DNA from: Myxococcota bacterium
Lineage (GTDB): Bacteria; Myxococcota_A; UBA9160; UBA4427
Assembly (NCBI GenBank): GCA_041690055.1
Contig: JBDNFB010000068.1
Span: 8,114 to 72,113, forward strand
Direction of reading: 5' to 3'
DNA length: 64,000 nt
Part shown: positions 31,706 to 41,376 of the stretch, in pieces
How the letters are laid out: every line of letters begins with the position of its first letter
How positions within the stretch are numbered: the first letter of the stretch is position 1
Position numbers and translations under genes: made by a program
The notes under the pieces: model-generated
The model's database searches: none
The model's input: only the letters and a program-made list of their open reading frames with translations
Told to the model about the DNA's origin: nothing

Positions 31706-32941
31706 GTGAACGGGAGTTCGCTCGAAGCGATACGCGAAAAAACATGCTTCTTTGAGGTCCCTACCCGGTACCCAAAGAGGCTGATCACGGACTCTCTAAG
31801 CGACGTTTCATTTCAAGGCCTCTCCGCATCGACCGCACTCGAATGGCTTAGGCTTCAGCAGGTGCACGCCTTGCGACCCGAGGTTGTCGGCCCCGTGTTA
31901 CGCCAGGGGCGGCGTCCCGAAGAACTCGCACGCCCGCAGCCCCGGGAATCCGAGACCGTGGCGCGACTCGAGCGAATCGGGGCCACACTCGTCCCTCTGA
32001 CACATCCGGCCTATCCAGAAGGCCTTTCGATTCTGGACGACGCGCCTCTCGTGCTTGGGCTGAGGGGCTCGCCGGCGGTGCTTTCGACCGCCTCCATCGG
32101 CATCGTCGGCGCCCGGGCAGCGACCCGCGAAGCACGCTCCAATGCGCGCAGACTCGGTCGCGAACTCGCGAGTGCGGGGCTCACAATCGTCTCAGGACTC
32201 GCACGCGGAATCGACGCAGAGGCGCATCGGGGAGCGCTGGAGGCGGGCGGACGAACGATCGGCGTTCTGGCTTGTGGGATCGATCAGATCTACCCGCCTG
32301 AGCATCGCGACCTGGCGGAGGAGATGACCCGAAACGGTGCGGTCGTCTCGGAGCTTCCGCCGGGTACGCCGCCGCGCAGGAGCCATTTCCCGCTTCGCAA
32401 TCGGATCATCAGCGGTCTTTCGTTGGGGGTGATCGTCGTCGAGGCTCGTCAGCGAAGTGGTTCGCTGATTACCGTACGCCACGCACTCGCGCAGGGGCGG
32501 GAGGTATTTGTCGTACCGGGCGCAGTGTCAGGTCCTTTCGCAGAGGGCACGAATCAACTGCTCCGAGAAGGCGCTCGTCCGGTTCGTAACGCCGAGGATG
32601 TGCTCGAGGACCTCGGCGGATTCACAAAGCTGTGGGGGGAAGGAGCCCGGCTTGCGACGGCAAGGGAGGGGGGTGGCGCGGGTCTGCCGGCAGATCCGCT
32701 TGCTGTGCGGGTGATGACTGCGCTTGAGCCGGGCCCGCTCAGCCGAGAGGCTCTCCTGATCGAATCGGGAGTGGGGGCGGCAGATCTCGGTCGGCTTCTC
32801 TTTGAACTCCACCTCGTGGGCTGCATCGAGGAGGAGCGGGACGGCCGAATCTATTCAAGAAGGCAGGTCCCGGCTGTGCCAGGCGCACGACCGAAGCGAG
32901 GTTCGGCGCGGAGGACGGTGATCTGTGACGAATCCGAATGA
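31706..32941 (+). CDS. dprA: DNA-processing protein DprA (Smf)
   Basis: IVSGLARGIDAEAHRGALEAGGRTIGVLACGIDQIYPPEH and FPLRNRIISGLS are DprA Rossmann blocks. GTG start is uncertain. Confidence 0.85.
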   Translation: MNGSSLEAIREKTCFFEVPTRYPKRLITDSLSDVSFQGLSASTALEWLRLQQVHALRPEVVGPVLRQGRRPEELARPQPRESETVARLERIGATLVPLTHPAYPEGLSILDDAPLVLGLRGSPAVLSTASIGIVGARAATREARSNARRLGRELASAGLTIVSGLARGIDAEAHRGALEAGGRTIGVLACGIDQIYPPEHRDLAEEMTRNGAVVSELPPGTPPRRSHFPLRNRIISGLSLGVIVVEARQRSGSLITVRHALAQGREVFVVPGAVSGPFAEGTNQLLREGARPVRNAEDVLEDLGGFTKLWGEGARLATAREGGGAGLPADPLAVRVMTALEPGPLSREALLIESGVGAADLGRLLFELHLVGCIEEERDGRIYSRRQVPAVPGARPKRGSARRTVICDESE

Positions 32942-33108
32942 GGAGCCGGGAACCTCGGGGCTGGGCTATCCTAGATCTACCGCTTCGGCGGTCCCGTCCC
33001 CCCGTCAGATTGGCTTGGCCGATTGCTCTCCGTGCGTGCTCATATTCGAGGTGCCGGTCGGGCTGGGATGCATCCTGCGACATGACTGGGACGGAAAACG
33101 AGAGGAAG

Positions 33109-34545
33109 ATGGGAGTGGACAAGGGATCAGTGATAGGAGACGGAGAGACGAAGGCGGATGATTTCGTCATCGTCGTCGGTGCTGGATTGGCGGGCTGCGA
33201 AGCGGCCTGGCAATTGGCCCGTCGCGGCGTGCGCGTCGTTCTCTACGACATGAAGCCGGAAAAACTATCCCCCGCGCATCAATCCAAAGATTTCGCCGAA
33301 CTCGTCTGCAGCAATTCCCTGCGCGCGAATACATTGGGAAATGCCGTAGGGCTCCTCAAGGAGGAAATGCGGCGCTTGGGTTCGCTGACTCTTCGCGAAG
33401 CCGACCGGACGGCGGTGCCTGCCGGAAAGGCCCTCGCGGTGGACCGGGATCTCTTTTCGCAGGGGATCACGGAGGCGATCAAGAACGAGCCTTTGATCGA
33501 AATCCGCTACGAGTGCGTCCGGTCGATTCCCGACCATCCGCTCGTCATTCTCGCGACCGGCCCGCTCACGGATACGGACCTTGCATCGGATCTGACTGAG
33601 ACGTTAGGCGAAGAGTCTCTGTATTTTTACGATGCCATCTCGCCAACGGTGTATGCGGATTCGATCGACGAGTCGATCGTTTTTCGCGCTTCGCGCTACG
33701 ACGACGAGAAGGAAGAGAGCGAGCGTGAGGGCGACTATCTGAACGTGCCGCTCTCGAGGGAAGAGTACGAGAATTTTGTCGCGGCCTTGCTTGAGGCGGA
33801 GACCGTGCCGCTCCATGCTTTTGAAGCGGCGATGTACTTCGAGGGCTGTCTGCCGATCGAGGAGATCGCGCGTCGTGGCCCGCGTACTTTGGCCTTTGGG
33901 CCGATGAAACCGGTCGGGCTGACCGATCCGCGGACAGGGCGCTGGCCGCATGCTGTTGTGCAGTTAAGGCGAGAGGATCAGGCGGGCACGCTGTGGAATT
34001 TGGTCGGTTGTCAGACGAAGATGCGCGTCGGAGAACAGAAGCGCGTTATTCGCATGCTACCGGGACTAGGAAAGGCCGTCTTTGCGCGCTTTGGTTCGAT
34101 TCATCGCAACACCTATGTCAACGCGCCCATGCAGCTCGACGCATCGCTTCAGATGAAGGCGCGCCCGGGCGTGTATTTGGCCGGGCAGATGGCGGGCGTC
34201 GAGGGCTACGTCGAGTCGGCGGCGCTGGGGTATTTGGTGGGCGAAACCGTGGCTTGCCGAGTGCTTGGGCTGCCGCATGAAGCCGCGCCGGCGGATACGG
34301 CGCATGGCGCGCTGCTTCGGCATTTGCAGAACGCCGACGCGAAGCATTTCCAGCCGATGAATGTGAACTATGGGCTCTTTCCTCCGCTCACTAAAGAGGA
34401 GTCGACTTTTATCGCGAAGAGCGGGCGTCGGAAGAAGCTGCCGAAGCGGGAGAAGAACGAAAAGCTCGCGGTGCGTGCGCTGGAATCGCTGCGCGGATAT
34501 CGAGAGCGGGCCGATCGCGCGCTTGTGGCGGTGGCCTCCGCATGA
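33109..34545 (+). CDS. trmFO: Methylenetetrahydrofolate--tRNA-(uracil54-C5)-methyltransferase TrmFO (Gid)
   Basis: VVGAGLAGCEAAWQLARRG FAD fold, AELVCSNSLR, GQMAGVEGYVESAALG. ORF track start 32938 is probably too early; ATGs at 33082 and 33109. Confidence 0.9.
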   Translation: MGVDKGSVIGDGETKADDFVIVVGAGLAGCEAAWQLARRGVRVVLYDMKPEKLSPAHQSKDFAELVCSNSLRANTLGNAVGLLKEEMRRLGSLTLREADRTAVPAGKALAVDRDLFSQGITEAIKNEPLIEIRYECVRSIPDHPLVILATGPLTDTDLASDLTETLGEESLYFYDAISPTVYADSIDESIVFRASRYDDEKEESEREGDYLNVPLSREEYENFVAALLEAETVPLHAFEAAMYFEGCLPIEEIARRGPRTLAFGPMKPVGLTDPRTGRWPHAVVQLRREDQAGTLWNLVGCQTKMRVGEQKRVIRMLPGLGKAVFARFGSIHRNTYVNAPMQLDASLQMKARPGVYLAGQMAGVEGYVESAALGYLVGETVACRVLGLPHEAAPADTAHGALLRHLQNADAKHFQPMNVNYGLFPPLTKEESTFIAKSGRRKKLPKREKNEKLAVRALESLRGYRERADRALVAVASA

Positions 34546-35576
34546 CTTGGACTCAGGCCATCGAGGGCTTTGGACGCTATCTCGGCGTCGAACGGGGACT
34601 GTCCCCCAATACGAAGCGGGCCTATGAGTCGGACGTCAGACAGCTGACCGTGCATACCGGTGCGGACGTCGAACCCTCGGAGGTCGATGCCGACCATGTG
34701 CGCGCATGGCTCGCTAGCCTGCATAAGCGTCGCAGTCCGGCAACGATGGGACGGAAGTTGGCCTCTGTGCGTTCGTTCTTTCGTTGGCTGATTCGCGAAG
34801 AGAAGATGAGCGACGATCCAACCGCGGGTCTGCCCATGCCAAAGCTGGAAAAGCGCTTACCGCGACCACTCTCGGTGGACGATTGCGAACAGCTGATTAC
34901 CAATGACCAGAGGCCCGTGCGCCAGTCTGCGCCAGAGGGGGGCGAGCGGGCTACGCGGCACGCTTGGATGCAGCTGCGAGACCGAGCTCTGGTGGAGCTT
35001 CTCTACGGAACCGGAATCCGTATCGGAGAGCTGGTTGCGCTCGATGTGCGGGACCTTGAACTCAGGTCCCAGGAAGTCCGTGTGATGGGCAAGGGCGGGA
35101 AGGAGCGCATCGTGCCGATTCCTGAGAAGGCGCGCGGGGCGCTCGGGGCCTGGCTTGATGTGCGCCGGCATCCGGGTGTACTGAGCGAGCCTCTTTTTAT
35201 TTCTTTGCGGCCGCGAAAAGAGAGCGGTCCGCGGCGACTAGCGGCTCGGGAAGCGCGACGGATTCTTTCGGAACGCGCGGTTCGAGCCGACTTGGATGAG
35301 CATGTCCATCCGCATCGGCTGCGACATAGCTACGCGACCCATTTGCTCGATATGGGCGCCGACCTGCGCGAGATTCAGGAACTGCTCGGTCATGCAAGTC
35401 TTTCGACGACCCAAAAATACACGGCCGTTTCCGTGGAGCATCTGCGAGAAGTCTATGATCAGGCGCATCCTCGGGCCGTAGTGAAGAAGAAGCCTCGCAA
35501 GCGAGCCTCGGCTTCATCTTCGCCCTCCTCTCCGTGTTCTTCGGCGACGGAGCAGGATTCGGAGACGAGCGCGTAA
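34542..35576 (+). CDS. xerC: Tyrosine recombinase XerC/CodV-like with Ser/Pro-rich tail
   Basis: ELLYGTGIRIGELVAL (Arg I), HPHRLRHSYATHLL (HxxR), LGHASLSTTQKYT (catalytic Tyr). Position between trmFO and hslV. Confidence 0.85.
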   Translation: MTWTQAIEGFGRYLGVERGLSPNTKRAYESDVRQLTVHTGADVEPSEVDADHVRAWLASLHKRRSPATMGRKLASVRSFFRWLIREEKMSDDPTAGLPMPKLEKRLPRPLSVDDCEQLITNDQRPVRQSAPEGGERATRHAWMQLRDRALVELLYGTGIRIGELVALDVRDLELRSQEVRVMGKGGKERIVPIPEKARGALGAWLDVRRHPGVLSEPLFISLRPRKESGPRRLAAREARRILSERAVRADLDEHVHPHRLRHSYATHLLDMGADLREIQELLGHASLSTTQKYTAVSVEHLREVYDQAHPRAVVKKKPRKRASASSSPSSPCSSATEQDSETSA

Positions 35577-35648
35577 CGGCGGGCCTAATACATACGGGCT
35601 CGCGTGGTCCGGGTTGTCAGACTGGAAGGATAGGAGCTTGAGAACGAT

Positions 35649-36215
35649 ATGAGCGGTAAGCGAAATGAGCGAGAAGGCCTGGAACGGATTCGTTCGACGA
35701 CGGTTGTGGCGGTTTTACGCGATGGGAAAATCGCGCTGGCGGCGGACGGGCAGGTGACGCTCGGTGAGACGGTCATGAAGCAGAAAGCCGAGAAAGTCCG
35801 GAAAGTTGCCAAGGGCCGGGCGGTGGTGGGCTTCGCGGGCGGGGTCGCGGACGCGATGACTTTGATGGAACGGCTCGAAGGTAAATTTGAGACGCATCCT
35901 GGCAATGTGCGACGGGCGGCTGTGGAACTCGCCCGAGATTGGCGGACGGATCGCGTGCTGCGAAAGCTGGAGGCGATGCTGCTGCTTGGGGATGAGGAGA
36001 CACTTCTGATGGTGTCTGGGAACGGGGACGTGATCGAACCGGATGACGGCGTGGCGGCGATCGGTTCGGGAGGCGCCTTCGCTCTGGCCGCGGCGCGCTC
36101 GCTCGCCCGGCACACGGAGATGAGCGCGGCGGAGATTGCGGAGGCTGCGCTCCAGGTGGCCGCGGAGATCTGCATCTATACCAACGACAATATTACGATG
36201 GAGACCCTGCCTTAG
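35649..36215 (+). CDS. hslV: ATP-dependent protease subunit HslV
   Basis: TTVVAVLRDGKIALAADGQVT with the catalytic Thr; GSGGAFALAAAR. Confidence 0.95.
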   Translation: MSGKRNEREGLERIRSTTVVAVLRDGKIALAADGQVTLGETVMKQKAEKVRKVAKGRAVVGFAGGVADAMTLMERLEGKFETHPGNVRRAAVELARDWRTDRVLRKLEAMLLLGDEETLLMVSGNGDVIEPDDGVAAIGSGGAFALAAARSLARHTEMSAAEIAEAALQVAAEICIYTNDNITMETLP

Positions 36216-36302
36216 AATAGAGGCATGGGGCATGGGCGCGCGGAGCATAGGCGCAAGCGACTCCAATCGAGAGATCACTCGCGGAAGGCAGGCGGAAAAG
36301 GC

Positions 36303-37655
36303 GTGACCAACGAACATACTTTCACTCCACGCGAAATCGTTTCGGAACTCGATCGCTATGTCGTGGGGCAGCGAGACGCGAAGCGCGCTGTGGCCGTAGC
36401 TCTGCGCAATCGCTGGCGACGGCGACAAGTGCCGGAGGAACTCCGCGACGAAATCGCGCCGAAGAACATCATCATGATCGGTGCCACGGGCGTGGGAAAG
36501 ACCGAGATCGCGCGCCGACTCGCGAAGCTTGCGCAAGCGCCGTTTATCAAAGTGGAAGCTTCGAAGTTCACTGAGGTGGGCTACGTCGGTCGGGACGTGG
36601 AGTCGATCATTCGGGATCTGACAGAGCTTGCGATCCAGCTGGTCACCGAAGAAGAAAAAAGAGAAGTGCGCGCAAAAGCGGAGGCCAATGCAGAGGAGCG
36701 GCTGCTGGATGCGCTGCTCCCGCCCTCCGACATGGGCAGCGCTTCCTCCTCACCCGCCTCTTCGGAGAGCAGTGAGACGCGCGAGAAGTTTCGCAAGCTG
36801 CTGCGTTTGGGAGAGCTGGATGAACGGGAGATCGAGCTTGAACTCAGCGACGAAGGAGGCGCACCCTCGCTTTCGATCATGACGCCCCAGGGCGCCGAAG
36901 ATATGGGGATGCAGTTCAAGGATCTGCTTTCCGGGATGATGCCGAAGCAGACCAAGGCCCGTCGGATGAAGGTCGCAGATGCGCGAGAGGCGCTGATCGC
37001 GGAAGAGGCTCTGGCCCTGGTGGATTCGGAAAAAGTGCGCGAACTCGCGGTCCGGCGAGTTGAGGAGACGGGAATCGTCTTCATTGACGAGATCGACAAG
37101 GTCGCTGTGGGCAGCGGAGGGCGGCAGGGTCCGGATGTCTCCCGCGAAGGAGTGCAGCGTGACCTGCTTCCGATCGTGGAAGGGTCCACAGTGCAGACCA
37201 AGCATGGCCCGGTTTCGACCGACCATATTCTATTCGTTGCCGCCGGCGCTTTTCATCTGGCCAAGCCCTCGGATTTGATTCCGGAGCTCCAGGGCCGTTT
37301 CCCGATCCGAGTCGAACTCTCAAGCCTTGGGCGGGAAGAATTGGTACAGATTCTGACCGAACCGACGAATTCGTTAGTTCGTCAGTATACTGCGCTGCTC
37401 GCTACGGAAGAGATCGAACTCGATTTCGTGACGTCGGGAATTGAGGCGATCGCTGACGTGGCGGCGACCGTGAATGAGCGGTCGGCGGATATCGGCGCGC
37501 GTCGACTGCATACCGTGATGGAGCGGCTGCTCGAGGAATTATCTTTTAATGCGCCGGATCTGGGACGGCAGCGAGTTGTCGTTGATGAAGCGCTGGTCCA
37601 GGAACGACTGGGCGAGCTGTTGGAAGATCAGGATCTCTCGCAGTTCATCTTGTGA
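36303..37655 (+). CDS. hslU: ATP-dependent protease ATPase subunit HslU
   Basis: [33 protein letters not shown] aligns with the extreme N-terminus of HslU, so the GTG at 36303 is preferred over the ORF-track ATG at 36225. Walker [16 protein letters not shown]. Confidence 0.9.
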   Translation: MTNEHTFTPREIVSELDRYVVGQRDAKRAVAVALRNRWRRRQVPEELRDEIAPKNIIMIGATGVGKTEIARRLAKLAQAPFIKVEASKFTEVGYVGRDVESIIRDLTELAIQLVTEEEKREVRAKAEANAEERLLDALLPPSDMGSASSSPASSESSETREKFRKLLRLGELDEREIELELSDEGGAPSLSIMTPQGAEDMGMQFKDLLSGMMPKQTKARRMKVADAREALIAEEALALVDSEKVRELAVRRVEETGIVFIDEIDKVAVGSGGRQGPDVSREGVQRDLLPIVEGSTVQTKHGPVSTDHILFVAAGAFHLAKPSDLIPELQGRFPIRVELSSLGREELVQILTEPTNSLVRQYTALLATEEIELDFVTSGIEAIADVAATVNERSADIGARRLHTVMERLLEELSFNAPDLGRQRVVVDEALVQERLGELLEDQDLSQFIL

Positions 37656-37686
37656 GTAGCGGGTTGTGAAAAGCGAGGGGGGAAGC

Positions 37687-39213
37687 ATGATTCAGTCGCA
37701 GAGTCGCGTTTTGATTGTCGATGACGAGACGTTTTTTCTGGAGGCCATCGATGAAATTCTGACGGCGGCCGGCCACGATACGATTCGAGCGGCAGACGGT
37801 GAGTCGGCGCTGGCGGCGGTGGCCGATCCGTCGGTGGGTGTCGTCGTTCTGGACGTGCGTCTTCCGGATATGGACGGGATTCAAGTGCTGGCGGCGATTA
37901 GGGAACGACGACCCGAAATTTCCATCATCATGCTTTCCGCGTCGACGGATCAGGAAATCGTGCTGGAGGCGCTTCGCCTCGGGGCTTCGGACTACCTTGC
38001 CAAGCCGCTTCATGATGAGGAATTAGCGCTTGCCGTGGGGCGAGCACTGGACGGCTTCGAGGCCAACGCCGGCAGGAAGCGCCTGCGAGCGCGGATCGAT
38101 CGGCTGGTGGACGGGATGGAGCGGCTTTCCCAACTCGTCCGATTGGCGGCGCCGTACGAGCGGGTCGAGGTTTTGCGACAGGGCATCGTGGATTCGGCGA
38201 GCGTGGTGCTGGAGACTTCGCGCGCTTCGCTCATGCTGGCGGACGCTGATCGCGAATGGCTTTCCGTTGTGGCGACGCGGGGGACCGACGTGAGTCGCGA
38301 GACGATGACCTCCCGCAAAGTAGGGGAGGGCGCTTCGGGCGCGGCTTTCGCCGAAGGCAGCGTGCTTTGCGTACCCGATGTGAACAAGGACGAGCGATTT
38401 GCCGGGCGCGGTGCCGGCGCCTATGCCAGCGAGACCTTCGCCGTTGTCCCGCTGGTCTGTCTCGGGGTGCCGGTGGGCGTGCTGTGTCTGACGGACTGCG
38501 AAGACACTGATTCGCTTTCGGCGGAAGAATCGAATGTGCTCCGATTGCTCGGGATGCAGATCTCGGAATTCTTGGCGGCCGATCCCGAGGTCGAGCGGCT
38601 GCTACTGGCTGCGAGTTCGATGGATGCAGAGGGGCTCGATGCCTCTTCATTCGTCGCGACCGGGAGCAGTGATGGCGATGCCGAGCTCGCACGCCTGGTC
38701 TGCGAGGCGGTTGCGGCTGAGGTGGAGCCGGAACGTGTGCTGAAGCAGGCCCTCTCGGCGGCCGCGACGCAGCTCTCGGCGGCGCCGGTGTCGCTCTTTC
38801 TCTTTTCCCCGGATCGCACGGTGCTCGTGCGCGAGGCCGAAGTGGATGGAGGCGTGATTGGGGACCGGCTTGAGTTGGCTCCGGATCGGGGACTCGTGGG
38901 CCAGGTCTGCCAGAGCGGGCAACTTATTGCGGCGGAGCGGCCCTCAGCCGATGCGCGGTTCGACGCGGCGGTGGACACAGCGAGCGATGGGTTGGAGCGG
39001 CCCTATCTATGCGTGCCGCTCAAATTGCGCGATAAAACGGTCGGAATCCTGCGGATCTTCCTGGAAGAAGGGAAATTTGCCTCTCCTCGGACGGCTGAGA
39101 TCCTTTCCGCATCGTTCTCGGCGGCCGTCCGCAACATCTTTCTGTACCGTAGCTTGCTTCAAAGTATCGAAGAGGTCGCGGATGCGCGGCGGGACGCACG
39201 TTCTAACGTGTGA
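37687..39213 (+). CDS. Response regulator with receiver plus two GAF-like domains
   Basis: Receiver RVLIVDDE...VVVLDVRLPDMDG...KP; then two segments with the GAF-like pattern (..ASLMLAD...L.VVATRG..; ..VSLFLFSP...YLCVPLKLRDKTVGILRIF). No output domain recognised. Confidence 0.75.
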   Translation: MIQSQSRVLIVDDETFFLEAIDEILTAAGHDTIRAADGESALAAVADPSVGVVVLDVRLPDMDGIQVLAAIRERRPEISIIMLSASTDQEIVLEALRLGASDYLAKPLHDEELALAVGRALDGFEANAGRKRLRARIDRLVDGMERLSQLVRLAAPYERVEVLRQGIVDSASVVLETSRASLMLADADREWLSVVATRGTDVSRETMTSRKVGEGASGAAFAEGSVLCVPDVNKDERFAGRGAGAYASETFAVVPLVCLGVPVGVLCLTDCEDTDSLSAEESNVLRLLGMQISEFLAADPEVERLLLAASSMDAEGLDASSFVATGSSDGDAELARLVCEAVAAEVEPERVLKQALSAAATQLSAAPVSLFLFSPDRTVLVREAEVDGGVIGDRLELAPDRGLVGQVCQSGQLIAAERPSADARFDAAVDTASDGLERPYLCVPLKLRDKTVGILRIFLEEGKFASPRTAEILSASFSAAVRNIFLYRSLLQSIEEVADARRDARSNV

Positions 39214-39258
39214 GTGTCAGGACCAGTTTGATTTGAGCATCGATACGGAACGGATACG

Positions 39259-40113
39259 ATGAAAGAGCTCGTCGACAAAGCGCGGGTCTTGATGGAATCG
39301 CTGCCCTATATGCAGCGCCTGATGGGGAAGACCGTCGTGATCAAGTATGGCGGTCACGCGATGACGGACGAGGCGCTTCAGGCGTCCTTCGCAGCCGACG
39401 TTGTCTTGCTTAAGCATATCGGGGTGCGGCCCGTGATTGTGCACGGCGGCGGCCCTCAGATCGAAGCGACGCTTGCGAAGATGGGGCGCCAGTCGACCTT
39501 TATCGAGGGGCGGCGCGTCACGGACGACGAGACCATGGAAGTGGTCGAGATGGTTCTGGGTGGCAAGCTCAACCGCGAAATCGTCGAACTGGTTCAGCAG
39601 GCGGGCGGTCGTGCCGTGGGGATTACCGGAAGCGACGGCGGTCTCATGCAGGTGAAGCGCAAGCTGATCGACGGGCAGGATCTTGGTCGCGTTGGGTCGG
39701 TGACGCGCGTTGATCCGAGTGTGTTGCGCGCTTCGATGGACGCCGGTTTTATTCCCGTGATCGCGCCGATTGGTGTCGACGAAGCGGGCGTCAGCCATAA
39801 CGTCAACGCGGACGAAGCGGCCGGTGCGATTGCCGCGTCGCTGGTGGCCGAGAAGTTGATACTGCTGACCGATGTGGACGGGGTGCTCGACGCAAATAAG
39901 AAATTGGTGAGTCAGCTGACCGTCGAAGAGTGCCGCGGACTGATTCGTGACGGCACGATCGAGGGCGGCATGATCCCGAAGATGGAATGTTGTATGCAGG
40001 CTCTTTCCGGTGGTGTTTCGAAGACGCATGTCGTGGATGGTCGTGTCCAGCATGCTGTGCTGCTCGAGATTTTCTCGGACGATGCGGGTGTGGGGACGCT
40101 GCTCGTTCCCTGA
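39259..40113 (+). CDS. argB: Acetylglutamate kinase
   Basis: VVIKYGGHAM, VIVHGGGPQI, NVNADEAAGAIA. Confidence 0.9.
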   Translation: MKELVDKARVLMESLPYMQRLMGKTVVIKYGGHAMTDEALQASFAADVVLLKHIGVRPVIVHGGGPQIEATLAKMGRQSTFIEGRRVTDDETMEVVEMVLGGKLNREIVELVQQAGGRAVGITGSDGGLMQVKRKLIDGQDLGRVGSVTRVDPSVLRASMDAGFIPVIAPIGVDEAGVSHNVNADEAAGAIAASLVAEKLILLTDVDGVLDANKKLVSQLTVEECRGLIRDGTIEGGMIPKMECCMQALSGGVSKTHVVDGRVQHAVLLEIFSDDAGVGTLLVP

Positions 40114-40208
40114 ACCGAAGGCGATGGAAATGAACGAACGCGCATGCTGCGGGGCAGAAGCGCGGCGTGCGGCTCGGTGAACCGCCGAGTGCAATCAACG
40201 GAGAAAGA

Positions 40209-41129
40209 ATGCCGAAGGATTTCGTGACTGTGGCGGATTGGGAAGCCGACGAGCTCTGGGCGATCACAGATCGAGCCGCGGTGCTGCGCGAGAATCATCG
40301 CTCGGGAAACCGCGAGCGCACGCTTGAAGGCATGACGCTCGCGATGTATTTCGAGAAGCCTTCGCTGCGCACTCACGTCACTTTTGAGGCGGGAATGGCG
40401 CAGTTAGGCGGACAGGCGCTTTTGATTCGGCCCGAGCAGGTGGGCTTCGGAACGCGGGAAACTTCGGGGGATGTGGCGAACGTTTTGTCTCGGGTTGTCG
40501 ATTGTTTGATGGCCCGCACGTTCTCGCATGAGCTGGTGGAGAAACTGGCGCGTGAAGCAACGATTCCCGTCATCAACGGATTGACTGATTTCCTTCATCC
40601 CTGTCAGGCGATGGCGGACTTGGCGACCATCGCAAGTGTGATGAATCCGCGCGAGGCCAAGATTGCATATGTGGGCGACGGCAATAACGTCGCCAACTCG
40701 CTGATCCTAATTGCGGCTGTCCTTGGACTGAAGCTTCGGGTCGCGACGCCAAATTCGCATCCGCCGGCCTCTCGAATCATGTCACAAGCGCGGGGGCTCG
40801 CGGCGGAGAGTGGCGCGGAGATCATGCTCACGGACGATCCCGTCGAAGCCGTGCGCGATGTCGATTTCGTGTATACCGATACCTGGACGAGCATGGGGCA
40901 AGAGGAAGAGGCCGAACAGCGCCGTCGCCTTTTTGCGCCGTATCAGGTGAATACAGAGCTGCTCTCCCATTCGGCCGATGCCTACATCCTGCATTGTCTC
41001 CCCGCGCACCGAGGAGAAGAGGTCACGGCGGAAGTACTCGATGGCCCGAAGAGCCTGATCTTCGATCAGGCCGAAAATCGCCTCCACGCCCAGAACGCGA
41101 TCCTCGAAAAGCTCTTGTTGAACCGCTGA
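40209..41129 (+). CDS. argF: Ornithine carbamoyltransferase
   Basis: FEKPSLRTHVTFE carbamoyl-phosphate site, HPCQAMADL, DTWTSMGQE, HCLPAHRGEEV. ATG at 40209 preferred over ORF-track start 40167. Confidence 0.9.
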   Translation: MPKDFVTVADWEADELWAITDRAAVLRENHRSGNRERTLEGMTLAMYFEKPSLRTHVTFEAGMAQLGGQALLIRPEQVGFGTRETSGDVANVLSRVVDCLMARTFSHELVEKLAREATIPVINGLTDFLHPCQAMADLATIASVMNPREAKIAYVGDGNNVANSLILIAAVLGLKLRVATPNSHPPASRIMSQARGLAAESGAEIMLTDDPVEAVRDVDFVYTDTWTSMGQEEEAEQRRRLFAPYQVNTELLSHSADAYILHCLPAHRGEEVTAEVLDGPKSLIFDQAENRLHAQNAILEKLLLNR

Positions 41130-41376
41130 AGCCGTTGTTGGGGGCTGAAGCTCCTATTTGAGGGGTTGACGAGGCTCCCTACTCTCCCTCGTTTTACCCG
41201 AGGGGATGTCCGGTCCGGGAAAATCAGCGTTGATGCAGGAAAGTCAGTGCTGCGCGTATTCCACACCCAAAGTTTGCACTCTGTTGGCCGATGAGAATCC
41301 GGTGGGCCTACGCAGATCGCGTGCGCCCCAACGGTGAGGTGCAGTGGGGTTGGGCGTTGACTCGGTCGACAATCCA

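Noticed and set aside
32938-33108. N-terminal 57 codons of the ORF-track trmFO (MRSREPRGW...).
   Set aside because: Arg/Cys/Trp-rich with no similarity to TrmFO. The FAD-binding GxGxxG begins shortly after the ATG at 33109.
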